A stretch of DNA of 64,000 nucleotides from an uncultured Phycisphaeraceae bacterium (GTDB lineage: Bacteria; Planctomycetota; B15-G4; JADJEK01). This document shows positions 17,220 to 27,122 of this stretch, one piece after another. The stretch lies in NCBI GenBank assembly GCA_964649825.1, contig CAZYQW010000032.1:7877-71876 (forward strand), in the 5' to 3' direction. Every line of letters starts with the position of its first letter. Position 1 is the stretch's first letter. The notes below the pieces were generated by a model, which saw nothing but the letters and a program-made list of their open reading frames with translations, searched no databases and was not told the DNA's origin. A program made the position numbers and the translations under genes.

Positions 17220-19457
17220 ATGATCGCGACACGGTGGACGTTTCACGCCCTGGCGGCGCTCTGCGTCGCAGCCCCGCCGGACGACGGACTCGAGCCGAAG
17301 CAGGATCCTCTCCCGTGGGAAGTGCGCGCCCATCGCGTCCTGCCGTGGCATCACGCGGCCGAGGTGCCGAACACCGAGACGCTCCTGATGAAGCTCGTCG
17401 CAGCGCAGCGGCTCGCCGCGTACTCGGAGGAGTGGACGGCCGAGGCCGTGGCCGCCGCGCCGTCGTTCGACGATTGCCTTGCCGAGGCGCGTCGCACGGG
17501 GCGGCTCCTCCTCTGGTACGTGCCGCACGTGCCCGGGCAGCACATGATCCTCCCGCACCTGCTCGACCGCTACGCGACGATCGGGCTCTTCTGCGACCCG
17601 GAGCTCGTGACCTTGATCACGCGCCGGTTCGTGGCCGTGAAGCTGCCGGCGGCGGGCGCGTGGGCGAAGCGGAACGGGATCGCCGCGCCCGACTTCCTCG
17701 AGCCGGGGCTGCTCGTGCTCGACGGCGAGGGACGGCCGCGGCTGCGCATGGATCGAATCAACACGTTCGACGCCGGCTACTTCCACCACGTGTTGCGCGA
17801 GCTGGCCGAGCATCACGGGGCGCGCAGCGACGGCCAGCGACGGGCCGAGACGGCGTGGGCGGAACGAAGCGATCGCGCGAACGGGATGGCGCTCGCGCGC
17901 GAATCGCTGAACGACGGCGCGCACGCGGCGGCGCGAGCCGCGCTCGAGGGGCTCGGCGACGCGGCCGGCGCCGAAGGCGAGTACCTCCACGCGATCCTCG
18001 CGCGCCGCGAGCACGACGTCGGCCGCGCCCTCGCGCATCTCGACCGCGCGCTGGCCCTCGACCCCGATGCCGGGTTGCGCTTCGACGTCCTCGTCGAGCG
18101 CGCGCTCCTCCATCTCCGCACCGGCGGGATCGACCGGGCCGCCAAGACGCTCGACGCGCTGGCGACCCTCGAGCCCGCCGGCGCCCGCGCGGCCGAGGCC
18201 GGATTCCTGCGCGCCGCGGCCCGGTACGCGTCGAAGGACGAGGACGCGGCGGTGGCGGCGTGGCGCGCGACGGCGGAGCGGTTCCCCGACGCGGCGTTCG
18301 GCGTGACGTCGGCTGCGTACGCGAAGCGCGGCAGCGACGAGGAGCTCGGCGAAGGCCCGCTGACGCGCAGCATGGCCGACGTACGTTGGCTCGCGAAGGA
18401 CGCGTACGCGCTCGGTCCGGATACGCAGTGGCGGCGGACGCGCGACGACGCCGACGACGTCGTGCGTCGCGGCATGGAGTTCCTGCTGCTCGCGCAGCGC
18501 TCGAACGGCTCCTGGCGCGGCCCGCGCTGGGGCGGCGGGCCCGAAGAGGCGGCCGACTCCGCCGCAACGGAGGCGAAAACGCGCAACGAGAACCTGCAGA
18601 TCGCGATCTCGGCCGTGGCCTGCGCGGCGCTCCACGCGTGGCGCGAGCGGATGCCGGACGCGGTCGACGCGGCGCTCGCGCGCGGCGAGGAGTTCCTGCT
18701 GCAGGACGACACGATCGAGCGCGGGGCGGCGGTGGCGTGGGTGTACGCCGACGTGTTCCGCGTGTGGCACTTCGCGCGGCGGCTCGCGACGCTCGGGCCC
18801 GAACGCCGCGCCGAGGCGATGGACGCGATCGCGCGGTGGGTCGATCAGCTCGTGGCGCAGCAGGATGAGACCGGCGGCGCGTTCCAGCACTTCGTCTACC
18901 GCTCGACCTTCGTCACGGCGGCGGTGACGTGGTGCCTCGCCGACGCGCGCGAGCTCGGCGTCGACGTCCCCGAGCGCGTCTTTCCGCGCGCGGCCGCGCT
19001 GCTCGAGTCGTGCCGCGGCGGCGACGCCGGGCTCTACGGCTACCTCACCGATGATCCGGCGGTGACGCGCTCGTTCGTGGGAGCCGCGTCGCGCCAGCCG
19101 CTGTGCGAATGGACGCTGTTCCGCTGCGGAGAGCGGACGCCGGCGCACCTCGACGCCGCGGTCGACCTCTACTTGGAGCACTACCACGCGGGGACGGAGA
19201 CGGCGCGCAAGGCGAACTTCCACGTTCCGTCGCTCGACCACCACGCGGGCTACTACTTCTTCCACAACTTCTATCCGACCTGCCGCGCCGCGAAGGACGG
19301 CGCGGACGGCGTCGCCGATCGCGCCGGCGAGCTGCTCGATCGGCTCTGCGAGCTGCCGGAGATCGACGGAACGTTCATCGACTCGGGGTTCAGCTACGGG
19401 AAGAGCTACGGCACCGCGATGGCGCTCCTGTCGATGAAGGAGCTGATGACGCCATGA
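17220..19457 (+). CDS. Secreted hypothetical protein. N-terminal thioredoxin-like region. C-terminal part has QW-type motifs (QRSNGSW, QQDETGGAF) suggesting a terpenoid-cyclase/prenyltransferase-like alpha-alpha toroid.
   Basis: Internal ATG at 17220 gives the signal peptide MIATRWTFHALAALCVAAPP. The track start 17157 lies inside the IR element. Long codon-biased frame. Confidence 0.7.
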   Translation: MIATRWTFHALAALCVAAPPDDGLEPKQDPLPWEVRAHRVLPWHHAAEVPNTETLLMKLVAAQRLAAYSEEWTAEAVAAAPSFDDCLAEARRTGRLLLWYVPHVPGQHMILPHLLDRYATIGLFCDPELVTLITRRFVAVKLPAAGAWAKRNGIAAPDFLEPGLLVLDGEGRPRLRMDRINTFDAGYFHHVLRELAEHHGARSDGQRRAETAWAERSDRANGMALARESLNDGAHAAARAALEGLGDAAGAEGEYLHAILARREHDVGRALAHLDRALALDPDAGLRFDVLVERALLHLRTGGIDRAAKTLDALATLEPAGARAAEAGFLRAAARYASKDEDAAVAAWRATAERFPDAAFGVTSAAYAKRGSDEELGEGPLTRSMADVRWLAKDAYALGPDTQWRRTRDDADDVVRRGMEFLLLAQRSNGSWRGPRWGGGPEEAADSAATEAKTRNENLQIAISAVACAALHAWRERMPDAVDAALARGEEFLLQDDTIERGAAVAWVYADVFRVWHFARRLATLGPERRAEAMDAIARWVDQLVAQQDETGGAFQHFVYRSTFVTAAVTWCLADARELGVDVPERVFPRAAALLESCRGGDAGLYGYLTDDPAVTRSFVGAASRQPLCEWTLFRCGERTPAHLDAAVDLYLEHYHAGTETARKANFHVPSLDHHAGYYFFHNFYPTCRAAKDGADGVADRAGELLDRLCELPEIDGTFIDSGFSYGKSYGTAMALLSMKELMTP

Positions 19458-20086
19458 GCGCGCGGCCCGTCGCGGTGATCGACCACCTCGTCTACGGCGT
19501 GCCCGACCTCGACGAGGGGATCCGCGTGCTCGCGGACCGGGTCGGCGTCACCGCGATGCGCGGCGGACGGCACGTGGGGTTCGGGACCCACAACGCGCTC
19601 ATCGACCTGGGCGGGCGACGCTACTTGGAGCTGTTGGCGCTCGACCCGACCCAGACCGAACGCGCCGGGTTCGCGATCCTCCTGGAGACGCTGACGATGC
19701 CGGCGATCGTTGGCTGGTGCGCGAGCACCGATGACCTGGACGCGACGAACGGCGTCCTCGAGTCGCTGGGCATCGCGGCGACGACGATGCACGTCGGGCG
19801 CACGCGACCCGACGGCGTCGAGTTCCGCGGGCGCATCCTCTTCCCCGACTTGTCCGAGCACGGCGGGCTCGTTCCGTTCTTCATCGAGCGGCGGCGCGGA
19901 GATCACCCGAGCGTCAGCGCTCCGACCGGCGCGAGCCTGGTCGCGCTTCGGCTTCGATCCCCCGACGCCGCGCGGCTGTCCGATGCGCTGGGCGCGCTCA
20001 ACGTCGAAGGCGCCGTGGTCGAGCTCGACTCTGCCCCGGCGATCCGCGCGGAGCTCGGAACGCGCCGCGGCGTCGTCACGCTCTGA
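19454..20086 (+). CDS. VOC-family (glyoxalase/bleomycin-resistance/dioxygenase fold) protein, ~210 aa.
   Basis: MSARPVAVIDHLVYGVPDLDEGIRVLADRVGV... The ATG overlaps the upstream stop (ATGA at 19454-19457). Confidence 0.75.
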   Translation: MSARPVAVIDHLVYGVPDLDEGIRVLADRVGVTAMRGGRHVGFGTHNALIDLGGRRYLELLALDPTQTERAGFAILLETLTMPAIVGWCASTDDLDATNGVLESLGIAATTMHVGRTRPDGVEFRGRILFPDLSEHGGLVPFFIERRRGDHPSVSAPTGASLVALRLRSPDAARLSDALGALNVEGAVVELDSAPAIRAELGTRRGVVTL

Positions 20087-20106
20087 GGCGATGCGCGCGG
20101 AACGCG

Positions 20107-20583
20107 TCACCGACCGGACGCGTCGAACCCCTCGATCGTGCCTTCGCCCGACGGAGAGAGACGCACGGTGGCGACGCCGTCCGTGACGCCGTACGGGATC
20201 GACTCCACGTCGCAGTCGAGCCAGATCCACTCGTCGTCCAGTGCCATCACGCGACCGGCGACGAACGGGACGTCCGAGCTCGGATGCCGGCGTGACCAGC
20301 CCGCCGCCCGATGGATCCCTCCTTCGTCCGCGGCGAGCGTGACGTAGATCCGCGTCCCGGTCGTCGGCAGCGCGCCCGAGGAGTCGATCGCGGCCCCCGT
20401 CGCCACCCGCGCGACCTCGAGTCGAGGCATGCCGTACCAGGGGTCCTCCTCGAGCGTCGAGACCACGACGCGGAGCAGGACGCGCGGCGCGGAGCGGAGG
20501 CGCGCCTCCTCGCGGGCGATCAAGAACCCGAGCAGCAGCACCTGCGGGAGGAGCGCCAGCCAGAAGGCGACGCGCCGGCTCAT
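20107..20583 (-). CDS. Membrane-anchored hypothetical protein, 158 aa, co-operonic with the DUF2157 protein. Possibly GDYXXLXY-family.
   Basis: N-terminal TM MSRRVAFWLALLPQVLLLGFLIA. The ATG overlaps the stop of the upstream gene (ATGA at 20580-20583). Confidence 0.55.
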   Translation of the reverse strand: MSRRVAFWLALLPQVLLLGFLIAREEARLRSAPRVLLRVVVSTLEEDPWYGMPRLEVARVATGAAIDSSGALPTTGTRIYVTLAADEGGIHRAAGWSRRHPSSDVPFVAGRVMALDDEWIWLDCDVESIPYGVTDGVATVRLSPSGEGTIEGFDASGR

Positions 20584-21779
20584 CGCACGTCCTCGCGCAT
20601 CCGGGCCATCAGCGCGCGCCGCCGCCGCTCGAGGAAGAGGCCGACGCCGATCAGCAGCACGCCGGCACCGATGAAGACGAGGAACGCGTCGTCGAGCCGG
20701 TCGGCGAGGTACTCGAAGTAGCGCGTCATCACCGCCACGAGGAAGCCGAAGATGCCGTAGTTGACGTAGAGCGGCACGCCCAGCTCGATGCCGCGCCGGA
20801 TGATCCAGAGCAGCGTCGCGAAAAGGAGAGCGTTCGCGACGAACACGATCGACGCCGGCGCGACCCGCAGAAGCACGGCGAACAGGGCGGCGGCGGCGAG
20901 GACCGCGAGGGGATCGAAGACCTCGGCGCGAAGGTCCGGTCGGCGCGCCGATCGAAGGAGCATCAAGAACGCGATGCCCCCGAGGATCGCGGCGGGGACG
21001 AACGCGGCGAGCGCGACGAGCGGCCCGTCGCGGTCGTAGGTGAGGCCGCGGAACGAGAGCCCGTAGAGCGCGCCCAGCACCGCCGGTGCCGCGAACTGGC
21101 GGAACACCAGCTCGAGCGGCTCGAAGCGCGTGCCGCGAACGACGCCGACCCACGCGCGGAAGAACGCTCCGCCGGTCAGACCCAGCAGGCAGAACGCCGC
21201 GGCGATCGTCACGTTGGTGCCGTGCCCGCGCTGATCGAGCCACTGTCCGGCCTGCCAGAGCGACCACGTCGCGAACAGGCCGATCACGATCGCGAGGATC
21301 ACGCGCGACCGGGACAACAGGACGAACGGCACGTTGAGCGCCCACCAGAAGAGCATCGCGTGCGGTTCGTTGGAACGGATGCCGTACACGTCGGCGATCA
21401 GGAAGATCGCGGGTCCGAACGCCAGCACGCCGGCCGTGGTCAACGCGCGTCCCGTGCGCGGATAGCGACCCGGCCCCACCGCGAAGCGTTCGCCGAGGAC
21501 GTGAAGGAACGGCACCGCGAGGACGACGCCGGCGAGGCGCGCGCCGCGCGGGATCTGGTTCCAGTGCGACGCGACGAAGAACAACAGGCCCACCGCGACG
21601 AGGATCCCGCCGAGCATCGAGACGACGCCGATCAGGCTCAGCGAACGCCGCGACTCGGACAGCTCGGCGAGCTTCTCCTCGACTCGCCGGCGCTGCGCGA
21701 CGTCGAGCGTCCCTTCCTGCTCGAGCTCGAAGAGAGCCCGGGAGAGCACGGATCGTTTCATGGGCCGTGGTTCTACCAC
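20580..21779 (-). CDS. DUF2157-like polytopic membrane protein, 399 aa.
   Basis: More than 10 hydrophobic segments with a soluble N-terminal ~50 aa (VLSRALFELEQEGTLDVAQRRRVEEKLAEL). Confidence 0.7.
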   Translation of the reverse strand: MVEPRPMKRSVLSRALFELEQEGTLDVAQRRRVEEKLAELSESRRSLSLIGVVSMLGGILVAVGLLFFVASHWNQIPRGARLAGVVLAVPFLHVLGERFAVGPGRYPRTGRALTTAGVLAFGPAIFLIADVYGIRSNEPHAMLFWWALNVPFVLLSRSRVILAIVIGLFATWSLWQAGQWLDQRGHGTNVTIAAAFCLLGLTGGAFFRAWVGVVRGTRFEPLELVFRQFAAPAVLGALYGLSFRGLTYDRDGPLVALAAFVPAAILGGIAFLMLLRSARRPDLRAEVFDPLAVLAAAALFAVLLRVAPASIVFVANALLFATLLWIIRRGIELGVPLYVNYGIFGFLVAVMTRYFEYLADRLDDAFLVFIGAGVLLIGVGLFLERRRRALMARMREDVR

Positions 21780-21951
21780 AGCCGTTGCCCGGTTGACGAT
21801 CCGACTCTCTCGGGCACGACGGCGTGCCGACTCGAGCCGCGTCGTCGTTCGGCTGGAGATTCGCCGTCCGGGTTCCAGCTCTCATGGAACCCACGTCGTT
21901 CGTGTCGTGGGTCGACGAAGAGGCGTCGAGGAATCGCGGATTTCCGCGACG

Positions 21952-22134
21952 TCAGTCCTCGTCTTTCTCCCGCTCCCGATCCCGGTCTCGCTCGCCGCCG
22001 CGGGCCGTCGCGGCGCGACGGAGGATGAACTCGATCTGCGCGTTCACGCTTCGGAGCTCATCATCCGCCCAGCGCCGGAGCTCGTCGAAGAGCTTCTGGT
22101 CGATCCGGAGCAGAAACGACTTCCTCTTCGCCAT
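21952..22134 (-). CDS. Ribbon-helix-helix (Arc/CopG/MetJ-type) DNA-binding protein, 60 aa.
   Basis: MAKRKSFLLRIDQKLFDELRRWADDELRSVNAQIEFILRR. It lies 6 nt downstream of the SPFH gene. Confidence 0.75.
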   Translation of the reverse strand: MAKRKSFLLRIDQKLFDELRRWADDELRSVNAQIEFILRRAATARGGERDRDREREKDED

Positions 22135-22140
22135 CAGCCG

Positions 22141-23004
22141 TCAGGTGTAGAGCGAACCGACGTTCAAGACCGGCGCCGTTCGCTCGCTGCAGAGGACGGT
22201 CAGCAGATTCGACACCATTGCGGCGCGCCGTTCGTCGTCGAGCTCGACCATCTGGCGCGACCCCAGTTCCGCGAGCGCCATCTCGACCATTCCGACGGCT
22301 CCCTCCACGATCTTCTGTCGCGCCGCCACCACCGCCGACGCCTGCTGGCGTTGGAGCATCGCCTGCGCGATCTCCGGCGCGTACGCCAGGTGGGCGATCC
22401 GCGCCTCGAGCACGTGGATGCCGGCGCGGCTGAACCGTTCCTCGAGCTCGGTCCGCAGGTGCTCGTTCACCGCCTCCGTGTCGCCGCGCAGCGTGGTCGC
22501 CTCGTCGTCGCCGTCGTAGTGGTACGACGACGTGAGCTTGCGGACCGCGGACTCGCTCTGGGTCGTGACGTATTCGAGGTAGTCGTCCACGTCGAACTTC
22601 GCGGCGTAGGTGTCCTTCACCTGCCACACCACGACGGCGGCGATCTCGATCGGGTTTCCCCCGTTGTCGTTCACCTTCAGCTTCTCGCCGTTCAACGTGT
22701 GGGCACGCAGCGAGACCGTGTGCTTGATGGTGAACGGGTTGACCCAGAAGAAGCCGTTCGCCTTCACCGTGCCGGTGTAGCGGCCGAACAACACGAGCAC
22801 GCGCGACGTGTTCGGGTTCACCACGAAGAAGCCGCAGAGCAGGATGATGAAGAGCAAGATCCCGAGCAACCCACCGACGATCATCTGCCAGGTCTGGTTC
22901 CTGACTCCGTCCACGAGCGTCCAGATGCTCGCGCCGAGCTCGGCGAAGACCACGAGCAGCATGAAGAACCCTGAGACCCGTCGAACGACGTTTTCCTGTG
23001 ACAT
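22141..23004 (-). CDS. SPFH/band-7 (stomatin/prohibitin-like) membrane protein.
   Basis: N-terminal TM followed by an SPFH core (...[31 protein letters not shown]...). Confidence 0.85.
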   Translation of the reverse strand: MSQENVVRRVSGFFMLLVVFAELGASIWTLVDGVRNQTWQMIVGGLLGILLFIILLCGFFVVNPNTSRVLVLFGRYTGTVKANGFFWVNPFTIKHTVSLRAHTLNGEKLKVNDNGGNPIEIAAVVVWQVKDTYAAKFDVDDYLEYVTTQSESAVRKLTSSYHYDGDDEATTLRGDTEAVNEHLRTELEERFSRAGIHVLEARIAHLAYAPEIAQAMLQRQQASAVVAARQKIVEGAVGMVEMALAELGSRQMVELDDERRAAMVSNLLTVLCSERTAPVLNVGSLYT

Positions 23005-23059
23005 CGCTACTTGTCCTCCTCGATCCGGGGACCCGTGAACTCGGACCCGGGGCTTTCAA

Positions 23060-23071
23060 AGTGATATCACT
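23060..23071. promoter_or_regulatory. Perfect 12-bp palindrome AGTGATATCACT in the divergent SPFH / 2-oxoglutarate dehydrogenase promoter region. Candidate operator.
   Basis: Direct reading. Confidence 0.3.
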
Positions 23072-23210
23072 CTGATACGTGGCCGGCAAGAGGCCATTCA
23101 CGCTGGTGTCGAACGTTTTTTGCACGGCTCGGCGCACATCGCGGCTCGAGCATGTCGGCGTGGCGAACGAGGGCTATCCTGTCCGAATCGATCAGAAGGA
23201 CCGAGGACCG

Positions 23211-26200
23211 ATGAGCCCGAGCCAAACGACGACGATCGACTTCGAGCGGGAGTTCGGCGTGAACGCCGCTTACGTCGAGACGCTCTACGAGCGCTGGCGG
23301 CAGGACCCGACGCGGGTCGAGCCCGAATGGCGGTCCTGGTTCGAACGATTGGCGAACGGATCGTCGAACGACGCGGCGGCGGCGGGCGCCACGGTTGCCC
23401 CGGTTGCCCCGGCGCAAGCCGCGCCCGACCGGACGGACTCGGCGCCGCCGCCGGCCGCGCCCGCGAAGCCGATCGCGCCCGCGATGGACGCCACGCGCGA
23501 GCGGCTGAAGGGGATCGCGAGGAAGATCGCCGAGAACATGATCGACAGCCTGACGGTGCCGACCGCCACTTCGGTGCGGACGGTGCCGGTGAAGGTGCTG
23601 ACCGAGAACCGGAGCATCCTGAACAACCACATGAAGGTGCGCGCGCTCGGCAAGGCGTCGTTCACCCATCTCATCGCGTTCGCGCTGGTCCGAGCCCTGA
23701 AGGCCCAGCCTCAGATGCAGGCGTTCTATGACGATGGGGACGATGGGGACGATGGGGACAAGGGAGCCGAGGGGCCCGAGCGGAAGGACGGCGGCGGACC
23801 GTTCAAGGTGACGCCGGCCCACGTGAATCTCGGGCTCGCGATCGACGTCGAGACAAGCTCGGGACGGACGCTCCTCGTGCCGAACGTCAAGCGCGCCGAG
23901 ACGCTCGGGTTCACGGAGTTCCGCGAGGCATACGAGGATCTCGTGCGCAGAGGCCGGGAGGGCAAGCTCGCGGCCTCGGACTTCGCGGGCACGACCGTCA
24001 CGCTCACCAACCCCGGCGGGCTCGGCACGCACATGAGCGTGCCGCGGTTGATGCGCGGCCAGGGCCTGATCATCGGCACCGGCTCGATCGGACTGCCGAC
24101 GCACGCGGCCGCGATGTCGCTGGCCACGCTCGGCGACCTCGCGATCGGGCCGGAGCTGACGATCACGAGCACCTACGATCACCGCGTCATCCAGGGCGCC
24201 GAGTCCGGGATCCTGCTGAAGCGCATCGATGACCTGCTCTGCGGCGAAGACGAGTTCTACGACGAGATCTTCCGTGCGATGCGCGTGCCGTGGCAACCGG
24301 TCCGCGCGGCCGTCGACACGCGTCCTGCACACGGGCGCGCGAGCGAAGAAGATCACGTCGCGAAGCAGGCGCGCGTCAACAAACTGATCAACGCGTACCG
24401 CAGCCGCGGCTGTCGGATCGCCGATCTCGATCCTCTCGAATACACGCCCGACCACCTGCCGTCGCTCGACCCGAGCGACTACGGCTTCACCATCTGGGAC
24501 CTCGATCGCGAGTTCGTCTGCGACGGGCTCGTCGGCAAGACGTCGATGCCGCTGCGCGACATCCTCTCGGTGCTGGCGAACACGTACTGCCGTCGCTGGA
24601 CGATCGAGTACATGCACATCACGAACCGCGAACGGAAGCACTGGATCCGCGATCGCGTCGAGCTGAAGCGCGACGACGAGGTGTTCGGCCTCGACGACCG
24701 GGAACGCATCCTGAAGCTGCTCTACCGCGCCGAGAACTTCGAGCGCTTCCTCCACACGCGCTACGTCGGCAACAAGCGCTTCTCGCTGGAGGGAGCGGAC
24801 ACGCTGATCCCGGCTCTGGCCGAGCTGATCGATCGCGCCGTTGGCGCGGGCGTCGAGAAGGTCGTGATCGGGATGGCGCATCGCGGTCGGCTGAACGTCC
24901 TCGCCAACATCTTGAACAAGTCGTACGACCGCATCTTCCGCGAGTTCGAGGGCGTGCTGCTGCCCATCTCGACGGAGGGTTCCGGGGACGTGAAGTACCA
25001 CCTCGGTCAGACCGGGGTCTTCACCACGCGCGGGGGCAAGCAGATCGACGTGATCCTCTCGGCGAACCCGAGCCACCTCGAGGCGGTCGATCCCGTCGTT
25101 TGCGGCATGACGCGCGGCTACCAGGACGCGCTCGGCGACGCCGACCGCACGCGAGTGCTCTCCGTCCTCATCCATGGCGACGCGGCGTTCGCCGGCCAGG
25201 GCGTGGTGGCGGAGACGCTGAACATGTCGAACCTGCCCGCGAACTTCTGCGGCGGCACGATCCACCTCGTCGTCAACAACCAGATCGGCTTCACGGCCGG
25301 GCCGCGCGACCTCCGTTCGACCTACTATTGCACCGACCTCGCGAAAGGGATCGAGGCGCCGATTCTTCACGCCAACGGCGACTACCCCGAGGCGGTGCTG
25401 AAGTCGGTGCACGTCGCGGTCGACTATCAGCGCGAGTTCCAGCGCGACGTGGTCATCGACATGGTCTGCTATCGGCGTTGGGGTCACAACGAGGGCGATG
25501 AGCCCGCGTACACGCAGCCCGTGCTCTACCGCCGCATCCAGAACCACCCGACCGTAACCGAGAACTACGTGCGCCTCCTCATCCGTCGCGGACAGCTCTC
25601 GCGCGAGCAGGCCGAGGAGATCGGCCAGCGCTTCAACGACGAGCTGAAGGACGCGCTCGATCGCTCCCGCGAGCCCGAGGAGAAGCAGAAGGAGCTTCCG
25701 CTCGAGGAGATCCTCGACGTCACCGACGACGACCCGCGCGATTACGCCGTCGAGCCGTCGCCCGAGACCGGCGTGGACGCTGAGCGGCTCATCGCGATCG
25801 TCGACGAGTGCAACACGATGCCCAAGGATCACACGGTGCACCCGAACCTGCTGCGTCAACTCCGCCGCCGCGAGCGGATGGTCCGCGGGGAGCAGGATCT
25901 CGATTGGGGCACGGCCGAGGCGATCGCGTTCGGCACGCTGCTGCAGGACGGCGTACCGATCCGCCTCAATGGACAGGACTCGGGCCGCGGCACGTTCAGC
26001 CAGCGCCATTCCGTCATCCGCGACCAGGCAAGCGGGGCCGACTACGTCCCGCTCGCCGACTTGAAGGACGCGAAGGCGACCTTCGAGGTGCATGACTCGT
26101 TCCTCTCCGAGGAGGCGGCCCTCGCGTTCGAGTTCGGCTACTCGGTCACGCGGCCTCGCGTGCTGACGATCTGGGAGGCGCAGTTCGGCGACTTCGCCAA

Positions 26201-26915
26201 CGGCGCGCAGATCCCGATCGATCAGTTCATCGTCTCGAGCGAGGCGAAGTGGCGGCAGCTCTCGGGCGTCGTGCTGCTCTTGCCGCACGGCTACGATGGT
26301 CAGGGGCCCGAGCACTCGAGCGGGCGGATCGAGCGCTTCCTGACCCAGTGCGCCGACGGCAACATGAGCGTCTGCAACTGCTCGACGGCCGCGCAATACT
26401 TCCACCTGCTGCGCCGCCAAGGGGTCGCCGATCCGAAGCGGCCCCTCGTCGTCTTCACACCGAAGAGCCTGCTGCGCGACCCGAGGGCCGCAAGCCCGAT
26501 CCACGAGCTGACCGAGGGTCGCTTCCGGGAGTTGATCGCCGACGCCGCGGCCGATCCAGCGACCACCAAGCGCCTGCTCCTCTGCTCCGGCAAGCTCTAC
26601 CACGAGCTCGCCCAGCATCGCGAGGAGCACGGCCACGACGACGTGGCGATCGCGCGGCTCGAGCAGCTCTATCCCTTCCCGCGCGATCAAGTCCGAGCGG
26701 AGATCGAACGGCTGTCGCCCGACCGAGTCGTCTGGTGCCAGGAGGAGCCGAAGAACATGGGCCCGTTCTCGTTCGTCCTCCAGCGCGGTCTGGACATGGG
26801 CGTCGACGTCGCATACGCCGGACGCCCCGTATCGGCGAGCCCCGCGACGGGGTCGTACAAGCGGCACAACGCGGAGCAGGAATACCTCGTGAAGAAAGCG
26901 TTCGCGGAGACGTGA
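23211..26915 (+). CDS. sucA: Multifunctional 2-oxoglutarate dehydrogenase E1 component of the Kgd/OdhA type, 1234 aa: an N-terminal E2-like acyltransferase domain (DHRVIQGAESG) fused to the E1 TPP-dependent dehydrogenase.
   Basis: Track ORF with an internal ATG at 23211 (MSPSQTTTIDFEREFGVNAAYVETLYERW). It contains the E2 catalytic DHR..G motif followed by E1 motifs (GMAHRGRLNVL, TGGK, HGDAAFAGQGVV, RRWGHNEGDEP). Confidence 0.9.
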   Translation: MSPSQTTTIDFEREFGVNAAYVETLYERWRQDPTRVEPEWRSWFERLANGSSNDAAAAGATVAPVAPAQAAPDRTDSAPPPAAPAKPIAPAMDATRERLKGIARKIAENMIDSLTVPTATSVRTVPVKVLTENRSILNNHMKVRALGKASFTHLIAFALVRALKAQPQMQAFYDDGDDGDDGDKGAEGPERKDGGGPFKVTPAHVNLGLAIDVETSSGRTLLVPNVKRAETLGFTEFREAYEDLVRRGREGKLAASDFAGTTVTLTNPGGLGTHMSVPRLMRGQGLIIGTGSIGLPTHAAAMSLATLGDLAIGPELTITSTYDHRVIQGAESGILLKRIDDLLCGEDEFYDEIFRAMRVPWQPVRAAVDTRPAHGRASEEDHVAKQARVNKLINAYRSRGCRIADLDPLEYTPDHLPSLDPSDYGFTIWDLDREFVCDGLVGKTSMPLRDILSVLANTYCRRWTIEYMHITNRERKHWIRDRVELKRDDEVFGLDDRERILKLLYRAENFERFLHTRYVGNKRFSLEGADTLIPALAELIDRAVGAGVEKVVIGMAHRGRLNVLANILNKSYDRIFREFEGVLLPISTEGSGDVKYHLGQTGVFTTRGGKQIDVILSANPSHLEAVDPVVCGMTRGYQDALGDADRTRVLSVLIHGDAAFAGQGVVAETLNMSNLPANFCGGTIHLVVNNQIGFTAGPRDLRSTYYCTDLAKGIEAPILHANGDYPEAVLKSVHVAVDYQREFQRDVVIDMVCYRRWGHNEGDEPAYTQPVLYRRIQNHPTVTENYVRLLIRRGQLSREQAEEIGQRFNDELKDALDRSREPEEKQKELPLEEILDVTDDDPRDYAVEPSPETGVDAERLIAIVDECNTMPKDHTVHPNLLRQLRRRERMVRGEQDLDWGTAEAIAFGTLLQDGVPIRLNGQDSGRGTFSQRHSVIRDQASGADYVPLADLKDAKATFEVHDSFLSEEAALAFEFGYSVTRPRVLTIWEAQFGDFANGAQIPIDQFIVSSEAKWRQLSGVVLLLPHGYDGQGPEHSSGRIERFLTQCADGNMSVCNCSTAAQYFHLLRRQGVADPKRPLVVFTPKSLLRDPRAASPIHELTEGRFRELIADAAADPATTKRLLLCSGKLYHELAQHREEHGHDDVAIARLEQLYPFPRDQVRAEIERLSPDRVVWCQEEPKNMGPFSFVLQRGLDMGVDVAYAGRPVSASPATGSYKRHNAEQEYLVKKAFAET

Positions 26916-26962
26916 TCGTTCGCGCGGCGAGCGAACGACGACCGAACCGGAAGGTCGGCGCT

Positions 26963-27122
26963 AGTGGTGTGATTCAGATTGTTGGTGGATGATCCGGAGG
27001 TCATCGTCGTCGCTGGCAAGGCGCGACGACGACCGCGTATTCGAGATACGTCGAGGAGGAGCAACGCAGCCAGCGACGACGAGGGCCCCGGAGAAACGTC
27101 AACAACTCTGAATCACACCACT
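26963..27122. repeat. Copy 2 of the structured inverted-repeat element. Outer stem agtggtgtgattcagattgttg / caacaactctgaatcacaccact. Inner stem tcgtcgtcg / cgacgacga. Same conserved core as copy 1. It sits between the 3' ends of convergent genes and overlaps the stop codon of the 27121..28293 gene.
   Basis: Direct reading. The core is ~85% identical to copy 1; the outer and inner stems differ from copy 1 but remain complementary. Confidence 0.5.

Noticed and set aside
16575-19265. 896-aa minus-strand ORF and 544-aa plus-strand ORF covering the 17220..19457 gene.
   Set aside because: Both are homopolymeric Arg/Ala/Gly junk, antisense or out-of-frame to a gene with signal peptide and QW motifs.
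20107-21894. 595-aa minus-strand ORF treated as one gene.
   Set aside because: Only its last 158 codons (from ATG 20583) are a plausible protein (TM anchor plus soluble domain). The upstream part is an alternate frame of the DUF2157 gene.
23067-26867. 1266-aa minus-strand ORF antisense to the 2-oxoglutarate dehydrogenase gene.
   Set aside because: The sense strand encodes unmistakable E1/E2 motifs; the antisense product is low-complexity.
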